A DNA stretch of 64,000 bases from an uncultured bacterium. GTDB lineage: Bacteria > Arandabacterota > Arandabacteria > Arandabacterales > Arandabacteraceae. The DNA lies in the NCBI GenBank assembly GCA_964598025.1, contig CAZRAU010000004.1, positions 10,006-74,005 on the forward strand, given 5' to 3'. The notes under the pieces were generated by a model. It was not told the DNA's origin. It saw only the letters and a list, made by a program, of their open reading frames with translations, and ran no database searches. Shown one piece after another: positions 17,963 through 27,293 of the stretch; the first letter of the stretch is position 1, and every line of letters starts with the position of its first letter. A program made the position numbers and the translations under genes.

Positions 17963-18433
17963 CTTGCGCGGGCCTCAGTCAACGGCCGGAGGCGGAGAAA
18001 TCGGCTCCACCGGATAACCGCCTCTACCCCACGCGAGGTAGCCTCCCTCCAGCGCGTACACTTCCTTCCAACCCTGTTTGACAAGCTCCAGCGCCACACG
18101 GACGCTTGAGGCCTCATCCGGTCAGGTGCAGTAGACCACAACCGGCATGCCCCTGGGAACCTCTGAGATGTGGTTCTCGATATCATGAGGCGGGACCCGC
18201 ACGGCATCCGGTATCCTCGCGACCGCCAGATCCCAGGCGGCTTCACTTCGTGCGTCGACGAAAGCGATTGTCTCGCCCTTGTCCAGCCTCTCCTTGACCT
18301 GCTCCGCGGTGATCCGTGCTATTTCCACCTGAGACACCACAGGCTTCCGGCTGCACGCTCCAAGCAAAACCACGACAAGCATGAGTCCGCAAAACAGCGA
18401 CAACACATTTCGTCCTACCGGCTCTTGATGCAT
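17963..18433 (-). CDS. Rhodanese-like sulfurtransferase lipoprotein with an in-frame TGA at the catalytic position (candidate selenocysteine, otherwise a pseudogene)
   Basis: RBS GGAGGG and an LLGACS lipobox. The rhodanese fold aligns to GlpE, with TGA (18119..18121) exactly where the active-site Cys sits: VVVYCT-[TGA]-PDEASS-VRVALELVKQGWKEVYALEGGYLAW. A hairpin GCGUC-CGUGU-GGCGC lies 13 nt downstream. Confidence 0.5.
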
Positions 18434-18611
18434 ATCGCACCCTCCATCCGAACCGTGCCAATGCCGTCGGGTCTTCGCATCAGCCGGTCCACCCTTATGG
18501 GAGTGATGGCGCTGCGTACCCGGCCCGAACCTATTCGATCTCTGTGGCGGCGTCCCACGGCCGACAGCGCGATGCTCACGGACTCAAGCGTATTATGCCC
18601 GGACTGCAATG

Positions 18612-20024
18612 TCAATCGTGCCTCAGGGCCTTCACCGGATCGACACGTGCCGCCCGCCCCGCCGGATAGAGGCCGGCCAGGAGGCTGACCACTATCGAAA
18701 ACCCGACCGCACCCAGGATCAGCCAGAGCGGGAAGTAGAAGAGATTCACCGGGTCCTCGCCGGGCGGCATGAACCTTATGTTGACCACCATGTTCGCCAC
18801 TCTCGTGACCAGCCAACCCAGAATCAGTCCGAAGACGGCCCCCACGGCTCCGATAGTGGCCGCCTCCGCGAAGAAGATGGTTCTTATTTCCGCATCGCTC
18901 GCCCCGATGGCCTTCATTATTCCTATCTCGCGCGTGCGTTCGAGGATGGACATTACCATGGTGTTGACGATACCCAGGGCGGCCACGAATAGGGCAACGG
19001 TTCCGATGGCGGCAAGCACCGAGTCGACAATGATGAAACCCCGCCGTATCTCGGAGAGCTGGTCCGAGATGGACAAAACCGAGAGCCCCATATCGTCCAC
19101 AAGGACGGCCCTGACACTCTCCATGTCCGTCATGTCCTTTACACGGACATAGATCGAGCTGTACATACCTTCACCACCACCCTCCCCGAGAAGATCCCAC
19201 ACACTGGAGAAGCCCAATCTCGGGATGCTGTCGGCGGCCTCTATGGGGACAAAGATGCCTCCATGAAATCCCTGCCCGTGGAAATTGGTGGACTGTTTGA
19301 GGATTCCGGTGATCTTGAACTCCCCGGCAGCTTCCCGAAATGCCCCACCCCCGGGCATCAACCTCGCGAGGGCGCTCATCGGACTTCCGGAGAGATCCAT
19401 CACAGCCGTTACGACACTCACCGTCCCACCGATCACCGAGCCCGGTTCCACAAGCTCCATATGGGAAGCCGAGTCTTCAGGGGCTGCCTGGGCCTCCGCC
19501 CCGGGGTCGACCACGGACAGTCCCATGTCCTCAAGGGTTTCCATCCGAATGACCGCAGCGCGGTCGCCATCGCCGGCAAAATACTCGCCGTACTCAAGGT
19601 CTTTGAAAGGTCTGTACCTGCCCATGGAAGCCGGGAGGCCCCGGAGCGTGGTTCTGGTCTCATGCCCGTCCATCTCCAGGCGTACCGGGAAACTTATCTC
19701 CGGAAAGGCCATGTCAACACCGGGAATCCCGCGGATCGCAATCACGGTTGAATCGGTCAGAGGCGTGAGCGGCTTCCGCATAAGATCGGCGATGTCATCA
19801 GGGTCGTTGATCTCTTCGACATCAGCGGCCGTTACAAAGAGGCTTGTGAACAGATCGCTGTCTCTGAACGCTTCTGTTATGTTCTTCTGCATACCCGTGC
19901 CGAAGGACACCATCGAGGTCAGCGCTCCGATGCCTACAACGACCCCCAGCACCGTAAGCACGGTCCTCAGCCTGGTGCGAAGCAGATTCTCCAGCCCCAG
20001 CTTGATCATGTCCGGAGAGGTCAT
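18612..20024 (-). CDS. ABC transporter permease, FtsX family (MacB/LolC-E-like, with a large periplasmic domain)
   Basis: N-terminal TM helix, periplasmic domain of about 250 aa, C-terminal FtsX 3-TM bundle. Overlaps the ATPase gene by 4 nt. Confidence 0.8.
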   Translation of the reverse strand: MTSPDMIKLGLENLLRTRLRTVLTVLGVVVGIGALTSMVSFGTGMQKNITEAFRDSDLFTSLFVTAADVEEINDPDDIADLMRKPLTPLTDSTVIAIRGIPGVDMAFPEISFPVRLEMDGHETRTTLRGLPASMGRYRPFKDLEYGEYFAGDGDRAAVIRMETLEDMGLSVVDPGAEAQAAPEDSASHMELVEPGSVIGGTVSVVTAVMDLSGSPMSALARLMPGGGAFREAAGEFKITGILKQSTNFHGQGFHGGIFVPIEAADSIPRLGFSSVWDLLGEGGGEGMYSSIYVRVKDMTDMESVRAVLVDDMGLSVLSISDQLSEIRRGFIIVDSVLAAIGTVALFVAALGIVNTMVMSILERTREIGIMKAIGASDAEIRTIFFAEAATIGAVGAVFGLILGWLVTRVANMVVNIRFMPPGEDPVNLFYFPLWLILGAVGFSIVVSLLAGLYPAGRAARVDPVKALRHD

Positions 20025-20716
20025 TGGCTTGCCCCTCCCCCCGAGCGTTCCACTATGCGGCCGTCAAGCAGGCGAATCATGCTGTCGGAGACCGTCCGCG
20101 CGACACCCTCCTCGTGCGTGACCAGCAGCACCGTGAGACCCCGCTCCCGGTTCAGGTCGCAGACGATTCTCATGATCTCATCGGCAGTGCCGCTGTCGAG
20201 ATTGCCTGTAGGCTCGTCCAGAAGCAGCAGATCCGGCTCGTTCGCCAGCGCCCGGGCTATGGCGACACGTTGGGCCTCGCCTCCTGACAGCTCGGCGGGT
20301 TTGTGATTCATTCTGTCCGCAAGACCCACCTCTTCAAGCAGCGCGGCAGCCCGCTGCTTCCTCTCCCCTCTCGGGAACCGCCCGAAGGTCAGAGCCAGAA
20401 TGACGTTCTCGATTGCCGTCCTGTGGCCGATGAGATTGAAAGACTGAAACAGCATACCCACAGAGCGGCGGCGGTGACCGGCAAGTTCCGCGCGCTTCAT
20501 AGCAGCCAGATCGGCTTCCCGGAAGAGGATGTGTCCGGAAGACGGCGTATCGAGGCCCCCTATGAGATTCAGAAGCGTGGATTTGCCCGATCCCGACCTG
20601 CCGACGATGGAAACGAACTGACCTTCATCCACCTCGAAGGTGATATCCCGGAGAGCGGGGATCTCGATGTCGCCCTTCGAGTAAGTCTTGGATAGTCCCT
20701 TAACCCTTAGCATCAA
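20021..20716 (-). CDS. ABC transporter ATP-binding protein (LolD/MacB-type)
   Basis: Walker A GRSGSGKST, signature LSGGEAQRVAIARAL, Walker B LLLLDEPT and H-loop. Confidence 0.85.
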   Translation of the reverse strand: MMLRVKGLSKTYSKGDIEIPALRDITFEVDEGQFVSIVGRSGSGKSTLLNLIGGLDTPSSGHILFREADLAAMKRAELAGHRRRSVGMLFQSFNLIGHRTAIENVILALTFGRFPRGERKQRAAALLEEVGLADRMNHKPAELSGGEAQRVAIARALANEPDLLLLDEPTGNLDSGTADEIMRIVCDLNRERGLTVLLVTHEEGVARTVSDSMIRLLDGRIVERSGGGASQ

Positions 20717-20881
20717 ATACCAGCTCCTGAAGGCCCTGCCGATTCAGGCACCACCTCCACACCCGGAGGCGCCCCGGACAACCGTTCCGTGCCGGCCCAA
20801 CAAACAGACCCGGATACAAGCGGGCAGGTCCGGCACCGGCCATTCCGACATGCAGGCATGCAAGCCTGACACCGCTTCCGG

Positions 20882-22777
20882 TTAGTCACGCACGCGGTAC
20901 GCTCTGACCGTGTTGCCCGTGAAACCGGGAATCACCAGGAGACCGGTCTCCTGTATGAAAGCCAGGTCGGCGCAGTTCTGCTCGGGCCCTGTCACGTCCA
21001 GCAGCTTCACCTTCTCACCGGCGGGGCTTACCCTGTAGACTCGGCCTTCCCAGTGAGACACTATGTAGTTGCCCTGCTTGTCCGATGCGATCCCGTCTAT
21101 GATGCCGGGGCCCATGCGCGCGATCGTGGATACTTCCCGGGTCGCAAGGTCCACGGCTTTAAGGCTCTGATCTCCGTTGTTACCTACAAGCAGATTCCCC
21201 CCGGACACATGCAGGCCGTTGGGCTGGGAGATAGCTTCCCCTTCGAGCCAGACCCCAAGGCCTCCATCCTCCAACCGGAGTATAGCGCCGCCGCGCGAAT
21301 CCGAAACGTATATGTTCCCGGCCCCGTCGGCGGCCGCATCATTGAGAAAGCCCTGACCTGCGGCAGCATGCCTTGCCACTATCTCCCCGGTACCGGTATC
21401 GATCTCGGCAAGGCCGTTTCGCTCGACGACGAAGAGCCTGTCGCCCGAAATCGCCATGCCCGTGGGATTCGCCAGACCTGTCGCCCACGTAAGATCGAGG
21501 ATTTCCCCGTCAGGCGAGACCTTGGAGACATACTGCTGTCCTTCACCCTCGCTTGGGTCATACGCGTCGTAGTTGGACACATAGAGCACGCCGGCGGCCG
21601 TATCATATGCGATGGACTCGGGCACCTTGAATTGCTTGCCGGTTTCCCACACCTTGCTCACACCCGCGCCCTCGAAGACGGCGGTAGCGTCCCTGCACAT
21701 GAATCCCCACCCACCAAAAGATTCCACCACCACGAGCAGAAGTTCATTCTCGCCCTTGTGGAGAGGCAGGTACACAGCATCATTGAGACCCACGATGCCC
21801 AAGAACGAAGGGTCTCTTCCCCTGTACGAGCTGTTGCCGGAAAACAACATGGTGCCGTTGATGAAGATGCCGACCCAGTCGCTGTAGCCGAACCGGATCT
21901 CTCTGGTTTTGTCGGCATCCGAGGTGAGGACAGCCCGGGCCAGAATGGACTCCGGCTCCCTGCTGGTTCTGCCCATCAGGCGCGCAACGTTTACAAGCCC
22001 GCTGGGTTGGGCGGCGGCCTGCCGCCACTCGAGTGGGCCGAGATCCTCGCCGAGCGGATAAGTGTCGAGATCGAGCTCCGAGATTCTGAACGAGCGTGAG
22101 ACTTCCCAATCGAGAATGGTGCCGGGTGCGGTCTCCGGCGGAAGTGGGGGGGTGAATTCAAGCTCATCGGTAAGGTGATATGCGAATCCGGAGAAAAAGG
22201 CCGATCCGTCCATAGGGCCGGAAACTCCGATGCTGCCCTTTGACGTACCGTGTTCGAGACGGTCGATGACAAGCACAGGTTCGGCGGCGTCCCCCAGGAA
22301 GACCCTGGCCTGGCCGCCCAGCACCTCGATCTTCATGTGGACCCATTCGCCCGGGTTGATTTCGGCGGCAGAGGTGTAGCCGTTCCCGTTGAAGAGCTGC
22401 CAGCAGGATATGCCGTTGAAGACCGGCGCATACTGAACCGCATCGGAATAGAGCCCGGCCCTATGCGGACGGACATAGCACTCCTCATAATCCCCGGCAC
22501 TCTGCATCCGAAACCTGATCCCCGGATAGGAGCGTTTCCCCGTAACGGCGATGTCCACCTCGATCACGCCGTTGTCGAACTCCACGTCGTCCAGATGGGC
22601 CATACCCATCAGGGCGTCCCTTCCCATGTATTCAAACACCCTGGCGTTGGACTTCGTCCACCGGTCTGAGTCGAAATCCACTGTCTCCGCCCTGCATTCC
22701 AGAGCCGGCGAGGCAGTGAGAGCGAACACTACGAGAGCGACCGCGCAAACGATCTGTTTCGCACTGCATCGCGGCAT
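20882..22777 (-). CDS. Secreted two-domain protein: DUF1080 (3-keto-disaccharide hydrolase-like, ConA fold) plus SMP-30/NHL-type beta-propeller
   Basis: RBS GGGGAGG and a signal peptide. The N-terminal domain has the FEYMGRDALMGMAHL...GIRFR pattern. The C-terminal half has repeated beta-propeller blades (GLANPTGMAISGDRLFVVE, NGLHVSGGNLLVGN). Confidence 0.55.
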   Translation of the reverse strand: MPRCSAKQIVCAVALVVFALTASPALECRAETVDFDSDRWTKSNARVFEYMGRDALMGMAHLDDVEFDNGVIEVDIAVTGKRSYPGIRFRMQSAGDYEECYVRPHRAGLYSDAVQYAPVFNGISCWQLFNGNGYTSAAEINPGEWVHMKIEVLGGQARVFLGDAAEPVLVIDRLEHGTSKGSIGVSGPMDGSAFFSGFAYHLTDELEFTPPLPPETAPGTILDWEVSRSFRISELDLDTYPLGEDLGPLEWRQAAAQPSGLVNVARLMGRTSREPESILARAVLTSDADKTREIRFGYSDWVGIFINGTMLFSGNSSYRGRDPSFLGIVGLNDAVYLPLHKGENELLLVVVESFGGWGFMCRDATAVFEGAGVSKVWETGKQFKVPESIAYDTAAGVLYVSNYDAYDPSEGEGQQYVSKVSPDGEILDLTWATGLANPTGMAISGDRLFVVERNGLAEIDTGTGEIVARHAAAGQGFLNDAAADGAGNIYVSDSRGGAILRLEDGGLGVWLEGEAISQPNGLHVSGGNLLVGNNGDQSLKAVDLATREVSTIARMGPGIIDGIASDKQGNYIVSHWEGRVYRVSPAGEKVKLLDVTGPEQNCADLAFIQETGLLVIPGFTGNTVRAYRVRD

Positions 22778-22853
22778 CGTGATAACCTCCCCAGGGGTCA
22801 AACCGCATCCAGTTGCCGTCCGGACCCTGATACGCTCCGGATGAGGGAGTGCC

Positions 22854-24161
22854 TCACGGCGCTTCAAGCACCCTGCCGCTCTCCGTCCTCCCCAAGCGAA
22901 GCAGCAGGGCGAAGACAAGTGCGACGACCCCCAAGCCGGCAAACATCAGCATGCTGTAACTATACTCTCCCGTAGCTTCCCTCAACCACCCGTTAAGATA
23001 AGGGAACGACATAAGACCTATGTTCTGTATCAGGGTCATAAGCCCGAACGCCGTTCCTATCCGCCCTCGCTCCACGATAAGCGGGACGGCGGGCCAGAGG
23101 GCTGCGGGTACCAGGACGAAGGCCGCCCCCAGAAGCATCATGGGCCCCATCGGGGCCATATCGCTGAATCCCAGAGATAGGAAACACGGTATCATCAGCA
23201 GACATCCCAGTACCATTATGGTTGCCCGCTTGCCTATGCGGTCCACGAGGGCGCCGGCTAAGGGGGCAAAGATCATCGACGCGAAGACTACGATGGAGGT
23301 CGTCCCCGGGGCAGTGGAGAACATGTGCCTGAAGTTGGCAAAGGCACTCGCAAGAAAGCCTCCCTCGGTTGCCGCTGCAAGCGGCAGTCCCCATTTCTCA
23401 TGGAAGAAGTTGGTTGAGAGAGCGGTGAAGGGAAAGATCGCCGAATAGAAGCAGAGACATACCAGGGTGAGATGCCAGTAGGAGACCTTGAACCGGAAGA
23501 CCTGCCCCCAGTTTATCCTATCGGCTGCGCCCTCCTCGCGGAGGCTGAGCACCGGCTCGGCATACCTGTCCATGACTATATAGATAAGGTTGATAAGCGC
23601 GCTGACTCCGCAGAAACCTGCAGCAACCCACAGCGCCCCGACCGGGCCCAACGCCTCGGCAATCAGGGTCTCGGTGTTGAATGAGAAGAGAGTGCCCAGA
23701 CGGAAGATGGTCAGGCTGGCCCCGAAAGCGAAGGCAAGCTCCTTGCCCCTGAACCACCTGGCCAGTATGGCGCTCTGGGTCACGATGAGAGCCTCCGAGC
23801 CCGCTCCAAAGATGAAACGGCCGGCCAGCATGGTCCGGGCCCCGGGGGCCGCCGCGACCACAATAGCTCCAAACGTGAGCACACCCGAGAAGAGGATGCT
23901 TGACTTCCTTGTCCCTATCCGGTCCACAAGCCACCCCGCCACCAGCAGGGTACATATCGCTCCCCAGCTATAGAGCGAATACATAAGCCCGATCTGGGAC
24001 TGGCCTATGCCCATCGATTTCATCAGATAGTCTTCGATTGCACCGACGCTATCATAGGCGAAGTAGCTGCCGAACACCATGAACGTGGCGACCAGCAACA
24101 CCGTGAAACGGTAGGGTCGTTTTGAAGGATGAAACAAAGGCAGTTCCTGGTGGACCGACAT
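22854..24161 (-). CDS. MFS transporter (12 TM)
   Basis: WLVDRIGTRKS motif and duplicated 6-TM halves. Confidence 0.75.
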   Translation of the reverse strand: MSVHQELPLFHPSKRPYRFTVLLVATFMVFGSYFAYDSVGAIEDYLMKSMGIGQSQIGLMYSLYSWGAICTLLVAGWLVDRIGTRKSSILFSGVLTFGAIVVAAAPGARTMLAGRFIFGAGSEALIVTQSAILARWFRGKELAFAFGASLTIFRLGTLFSFNTETLIAEALGPVGALWVAAGFCGVSALINLIYIVMDRYAEPVLSLREEGAADRINWGQVFRFKVSYWHLTLVCLCFYSAIFPFTALSTNFFHEKWGLPLAAATEGGFLASAFANFRHMFSTAPGTTSIVVFASMIFAPLAGALVDRIGKRATIMVLGCLLMIPCFLSLGFSDMAPMGPMMLLGAAFVLVPAALWPAVPLIVERGRIGTAFGLMTLIQNIGLMSFPYLNGWLREATGEYSYSMLMFAGLGVVALVFALLLRLGRTESGRVLEAP

Positions 24162-24265
24162 GTTCCTCTTCTTCCAGGGGTACTATCTCAGCGAACCAAA
24201 ACGACGCCGCCAATGACTCCGAAGAACGATCATGATTGCAACAGATATCGACGGCCCGGTCAACC

Positions 24266-24811
24266 CTAATCCTCGAAACCCAGGTTTGCCGGCTCGGCAG
24301 GCATGTCCTTGATCTTCTTCTTCAAGTCGGTGACTTCGACATCCTTGCCCACCTCTTCGAAGGCGAAGTCATCGGCCCAGGCGGCACCCTTGCCTGCAAG
24401 AAGCAGCCCGAAGGATATATTGATGCTGTTGTCGGGAACGTCGAGGACCACCTCGTACTCTTCCCAGCCGATGGAGCCCCTGATAGGTCTGTCCTGCATG
24501 TTGTCGAAGGCCAGGATCGCGCCGCCCGGCCCCTCCACGCGCATCCAGAGCCCGGCCCAGGTCTGCACGTCCTCGGCCTTGAGGTAACCGGTCATTCTGA
24601 GGCGCTTGCCGTGGTACTTGTCGGCTTTGAATACCTGCATAAGGGTCCCGAACCCCGTGGGTTGCTCGGTCTTGCAGGTTATGAAACCGCTGGCCTTGCC
24701 GCTATGGTGTTCGGTCCGGTCGATGCGCACTTCGTACTCCTTGGGCGCCGACCCTGAGGCAAACCACCCTGAAGGAAACTGTTGTAAGGAAGGTGTCTGT
24801 TCGGAGTCCAT
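24266..24811 (-). CDS. Hypothetical protein (about 181 aa), unknown family
   Basis: ORF with an internal Met start. No recognisable motifs. The 5' extension in the track is unlikely to be real. Confidence 0.35.
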   Translation of the reverse strand: MDSEQTPSLQQFPSGWFASGSAPKEYEVRIDRTEHHSGKASGFITCKTEQPTGFGTLMQVFKADKYHGKRLRMTGYLKAEDVQTWAGLWMRVEGPGGAILAFDNMQDRPIRGSIGWEEYEVVLDVPDNSINISFGLLLAGKGAAWADDFAFEEVGKDVEVTDLKKKIKDMPAEPANLGFED

Positions 24812-25012
24812 ACCGGATGCCCCCTTTCGTCTGCGTACATGCTTCGCTCGGAACTTGATTGCTTGAAGATAACCCCTGGAAAGATCGATTTCAAACCCCT
24901 TGTAGCCGATTGACCCGCATTCACACTCTTCCGTATCCCGAGAAGCCGATTGACCCGACTGGCCCCAGGCTATATCCTTGGTTCTTCGGGATCGTGGTTC
25001 GCGGGAGCACAC

Positions 25013-25753
25013 ATGGCGAAGGGCGACACCTTGAACAAAGCAAGCCGTCGGCCGGTCTGGCTGCGCGAGCTTATGATCTTCGCAGCCATTGTTGTGGCAA
25101 CGACGGCCGTCTTCTGGGCCACCGATCTGGACATCAGGTTTTCACGGCTCTTCTACATGCCGGACCATCCCAGCGGCCCCTGGCCCCTTTATGAGAATAC
25201 GCTCTGGAGAATGCTCTATGAATCGGACACCTATCTTACGCTGACCCTCGCCGCAATAGCGGCGGTGACTATCCTCATAGGCATCCTGAAGCCCGACCGC
25301 AGACAGCTGGTCCGGTACGGCCTGTTCGTCCTGCTGAGCGGCCTCATCGGGGCAGGGCTGCTCACTAACATGGTTTTCAAGGAGTACTGGGGCCACCCAC
25401 GGCCGGACAGTGTGACCGAGTTTGGGGGCGGCCTCGCCTACCTCCCACCGCTGGTCAAGGGGAGCACCGGGAATGGAGAGTCCTTCCCGTCCGGCCATGT
25501 CTCGATCGCTTTCTCTTTCATCGCCATCTGGTTCATCCTGAGACGCACGCGGCCCAGGGCCGCAGCCGCAACCATGATCGCCGTGCTCGCTTTGGGAGGC
25601 CTTGAGGGCGCGGGAAGGATCGTAAGGGGACGCCATTTCCTGTCCGACGTCCTCTGGGGCGCCTACATTCCCTATCTGGTCTGTTTTCTATTGTATTACT
25701 TCGTCTTCAAGCTCCATACCCCACCGGCGCCGACAGCTACGCCACAGCGGTAG
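25013..25753 (+). CDS. PAP2-family membrane phosphatase
   Basis: Motifs KEYWGHPRP, PSGH and GRHFLSDV (KxxxxxxRP / PSGH / SRxxxxxHxxxD). Confidence 0.7.
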   Translation: MAKGDTLNKASRRPVWLRELMIFAAIVVATTAVFWATDLDIRFSRLFYMPDHPSGPWPLYENTLWRMLYESDTYLTLTLAAIAAVTILIGILKPDRRQLVRYGLFVLLSGLIGAGLLTNMVFKEYWGHPRPDSVTEFGGGLAYLPPLVKGSTGNGESFPSGHVSIAFSFIAIWFILRRTRPRAAAATMIAVLALGGLEGAGRIVRGRHFLSDVLWGAYIPYLVCFLLYYFVFKLHTPPAPTATPQR

Positions 25754-25981
25754 AGGGCCTGCGGATAGTCCGGACTATACATCCATCAGATGCCCTGATG
25801 TCCGGCGCAATAGCATCGCCTGAACTCAAGAGGGCAATACCTTCCAGGTGCTTCATGGCTGAACTTCTCTCTTGGGCGTATATGCCTTCGTAGGGCTTTC
25901 TCGGATCAAACAAGGGATCGGGTTGCTTCCGCTTCAACCCGGATGCTACCCCGGATTTTGCGCACTGCCAACAGCAATGGA

Positions 25982-27118
25982 CTAAAGCACCATCTTGCCT
26001 TTATCCATTACCAGCGTGGGTTTTCCCCCGGCGCCCCTTATTTCGACCGTCGGGTTTCTTATCAGGCCGTCCAGGTGTATGAGGGCCTTGGCGTCCTCGT
26101 CGTAGTTGGACCCGATAGCTATGTGGCAAGTCCTGAATACCTTCTCATCCTCGAGCATGTTGCCCACGATCCGGGCTTTCTCATTGAGCCCGATCCCGAG
26201 CTCCCCGAGGTTCCGGACGTTTTCCAGATAACCCGGAAGGTCCCGCTTGGCCACCTTGCCTTCGGCGGCGAACTTGCGTGTCGATTTCCGTGCCCTTTCG
26301 AGCGTGGCCTTCAGCTGCCGGGCTTCACTCCCACCCAGGATCTCCGTCACAAGATTGCGCCTGACCTTGATCCTTATGGGCTCCTTAATCAGTATGACTC
26401 CCTTGTCCGACGAGATACAGCCGTCATAAACCAGCGTACCTTCACCGCTTCCCAGCTCCGGTGAGATGTACATCTCGCCGGCCGGCAAGTTGCCGCCGGT
26501 CCCGGGCTTGGAGAAATTGCCGTCATCGGTGAAGGCCTTCCGTCCCCGGAGACCGATCACGAGATCGGTTCCCAGATCCGAGGTGATCCGTGCCGTGCGT
26601 GCCTTGTCAAATGCCTTCTTGAGCTTGGCCGAGACCTTGCGGAGCGCCCCGTAATCGACCGGCACGGTCCTCTGAAACATGTTCACCGTGACCGAGGGAG
26701 ACCAGAAGGACCTGGTCTTCTTGCTTCCCAACAGGTAGTGGAAGATATGATCATAGGTCTTCTTGCCGTACCGGTACTTCTTCTCCATGCCGAAACGATC
26801 CTTACCGAGCTTCGCATGACTCACGGAAACAGCGATCTCAGGCTCGGCTCTGAGGGCATGGATAACCGAGTCATTCGCAAAATCAAGCTGAGACTTCACC
26901 GGCTGGAAGAGAAGCGTGGGCAGAGCCCCGGCTTCCACAGCGGCGTCGTAAAGGGCTTCCGATATGAGCCGTACTTCAGGATTGGGGTTCGTGATAATAA
27001 GAAAGCGCTCACCTCTTCTAGCCTTCAGGACCTCGCCCACGGCGACTCGCGCGGCATTGGTAAGCCTGGGTGAGATCCGTTCGATATCACTGAATCTCAC
27101 TGGGTTCCTGCTTGCCAT
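25982..27118 (-). CDS. Aminopeptidase, peptidase family M29 (AmpS/PepS-like)
   Basis: GGNLPAGEMYISP and CHIAIGSNYDE...IHLDGLI match the M29 thermophilic metalloprotease pattern. Confidence 0.65.
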   Translation of the reverse strand: MASRNPVRFSDIERISPRLTNAARVAVGEVLKARRGERFLIITNPNPEVRLISEALYDAAVEAGALPTLLFQPVKSQLDFANDSVIHALRAEPEIAVSVSHAKLGKDRFGMEKKYRYGKKTYDHIFHYLLGSKKTRSFWSPSVTVNMFQRTVPVDYGALRKVSAKLKKAFDKARTARITSDLGTDLVIGLRGRKAFTDDGNFSKPGTGGNLPAGEMYISPELGSGEGTLVYDGCISSDKGVILIKEPIRIKVRRNLVTEILGGSEARQLKATLERARKSTRKFAAEGKVAKRDLPGYLENVRNLGELGIGLNEKARIVGNMLEDEKVFRTCHIAIGSNYDEDAKALIHLDGLIRNPTVEIRGAGGKPTLVMDKGKMVL

Positions 27119-27293
27119 CGAAGACCCTCCTTCCCGCTTGGGGTGTCACCTTGTTTCAGGTGTCCGTCGAGAAACCACTCCATTCTATTTAATACTTCCC
27201 GAACCGCTAGTCCAGAGCTGGTGGAATCTCCCGCGTTGCTCTATGGCCTCAAGGCTTTTGACATTGGGCGGCGGCTTTGCTAATTTCTCTTTG

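Noticed and set aside
18119-18121. In-frame TGA in the rhodanese as evidence of an alternative genetic code (UGA = Gly or Trp).
   Set aside because: None of the other roughly 50 genes in the window needs an in-frame TGA, and high GC is atypical for code 4/25 lineages. Site-specific Sec recoding or a pseudogene are the plausible readings.
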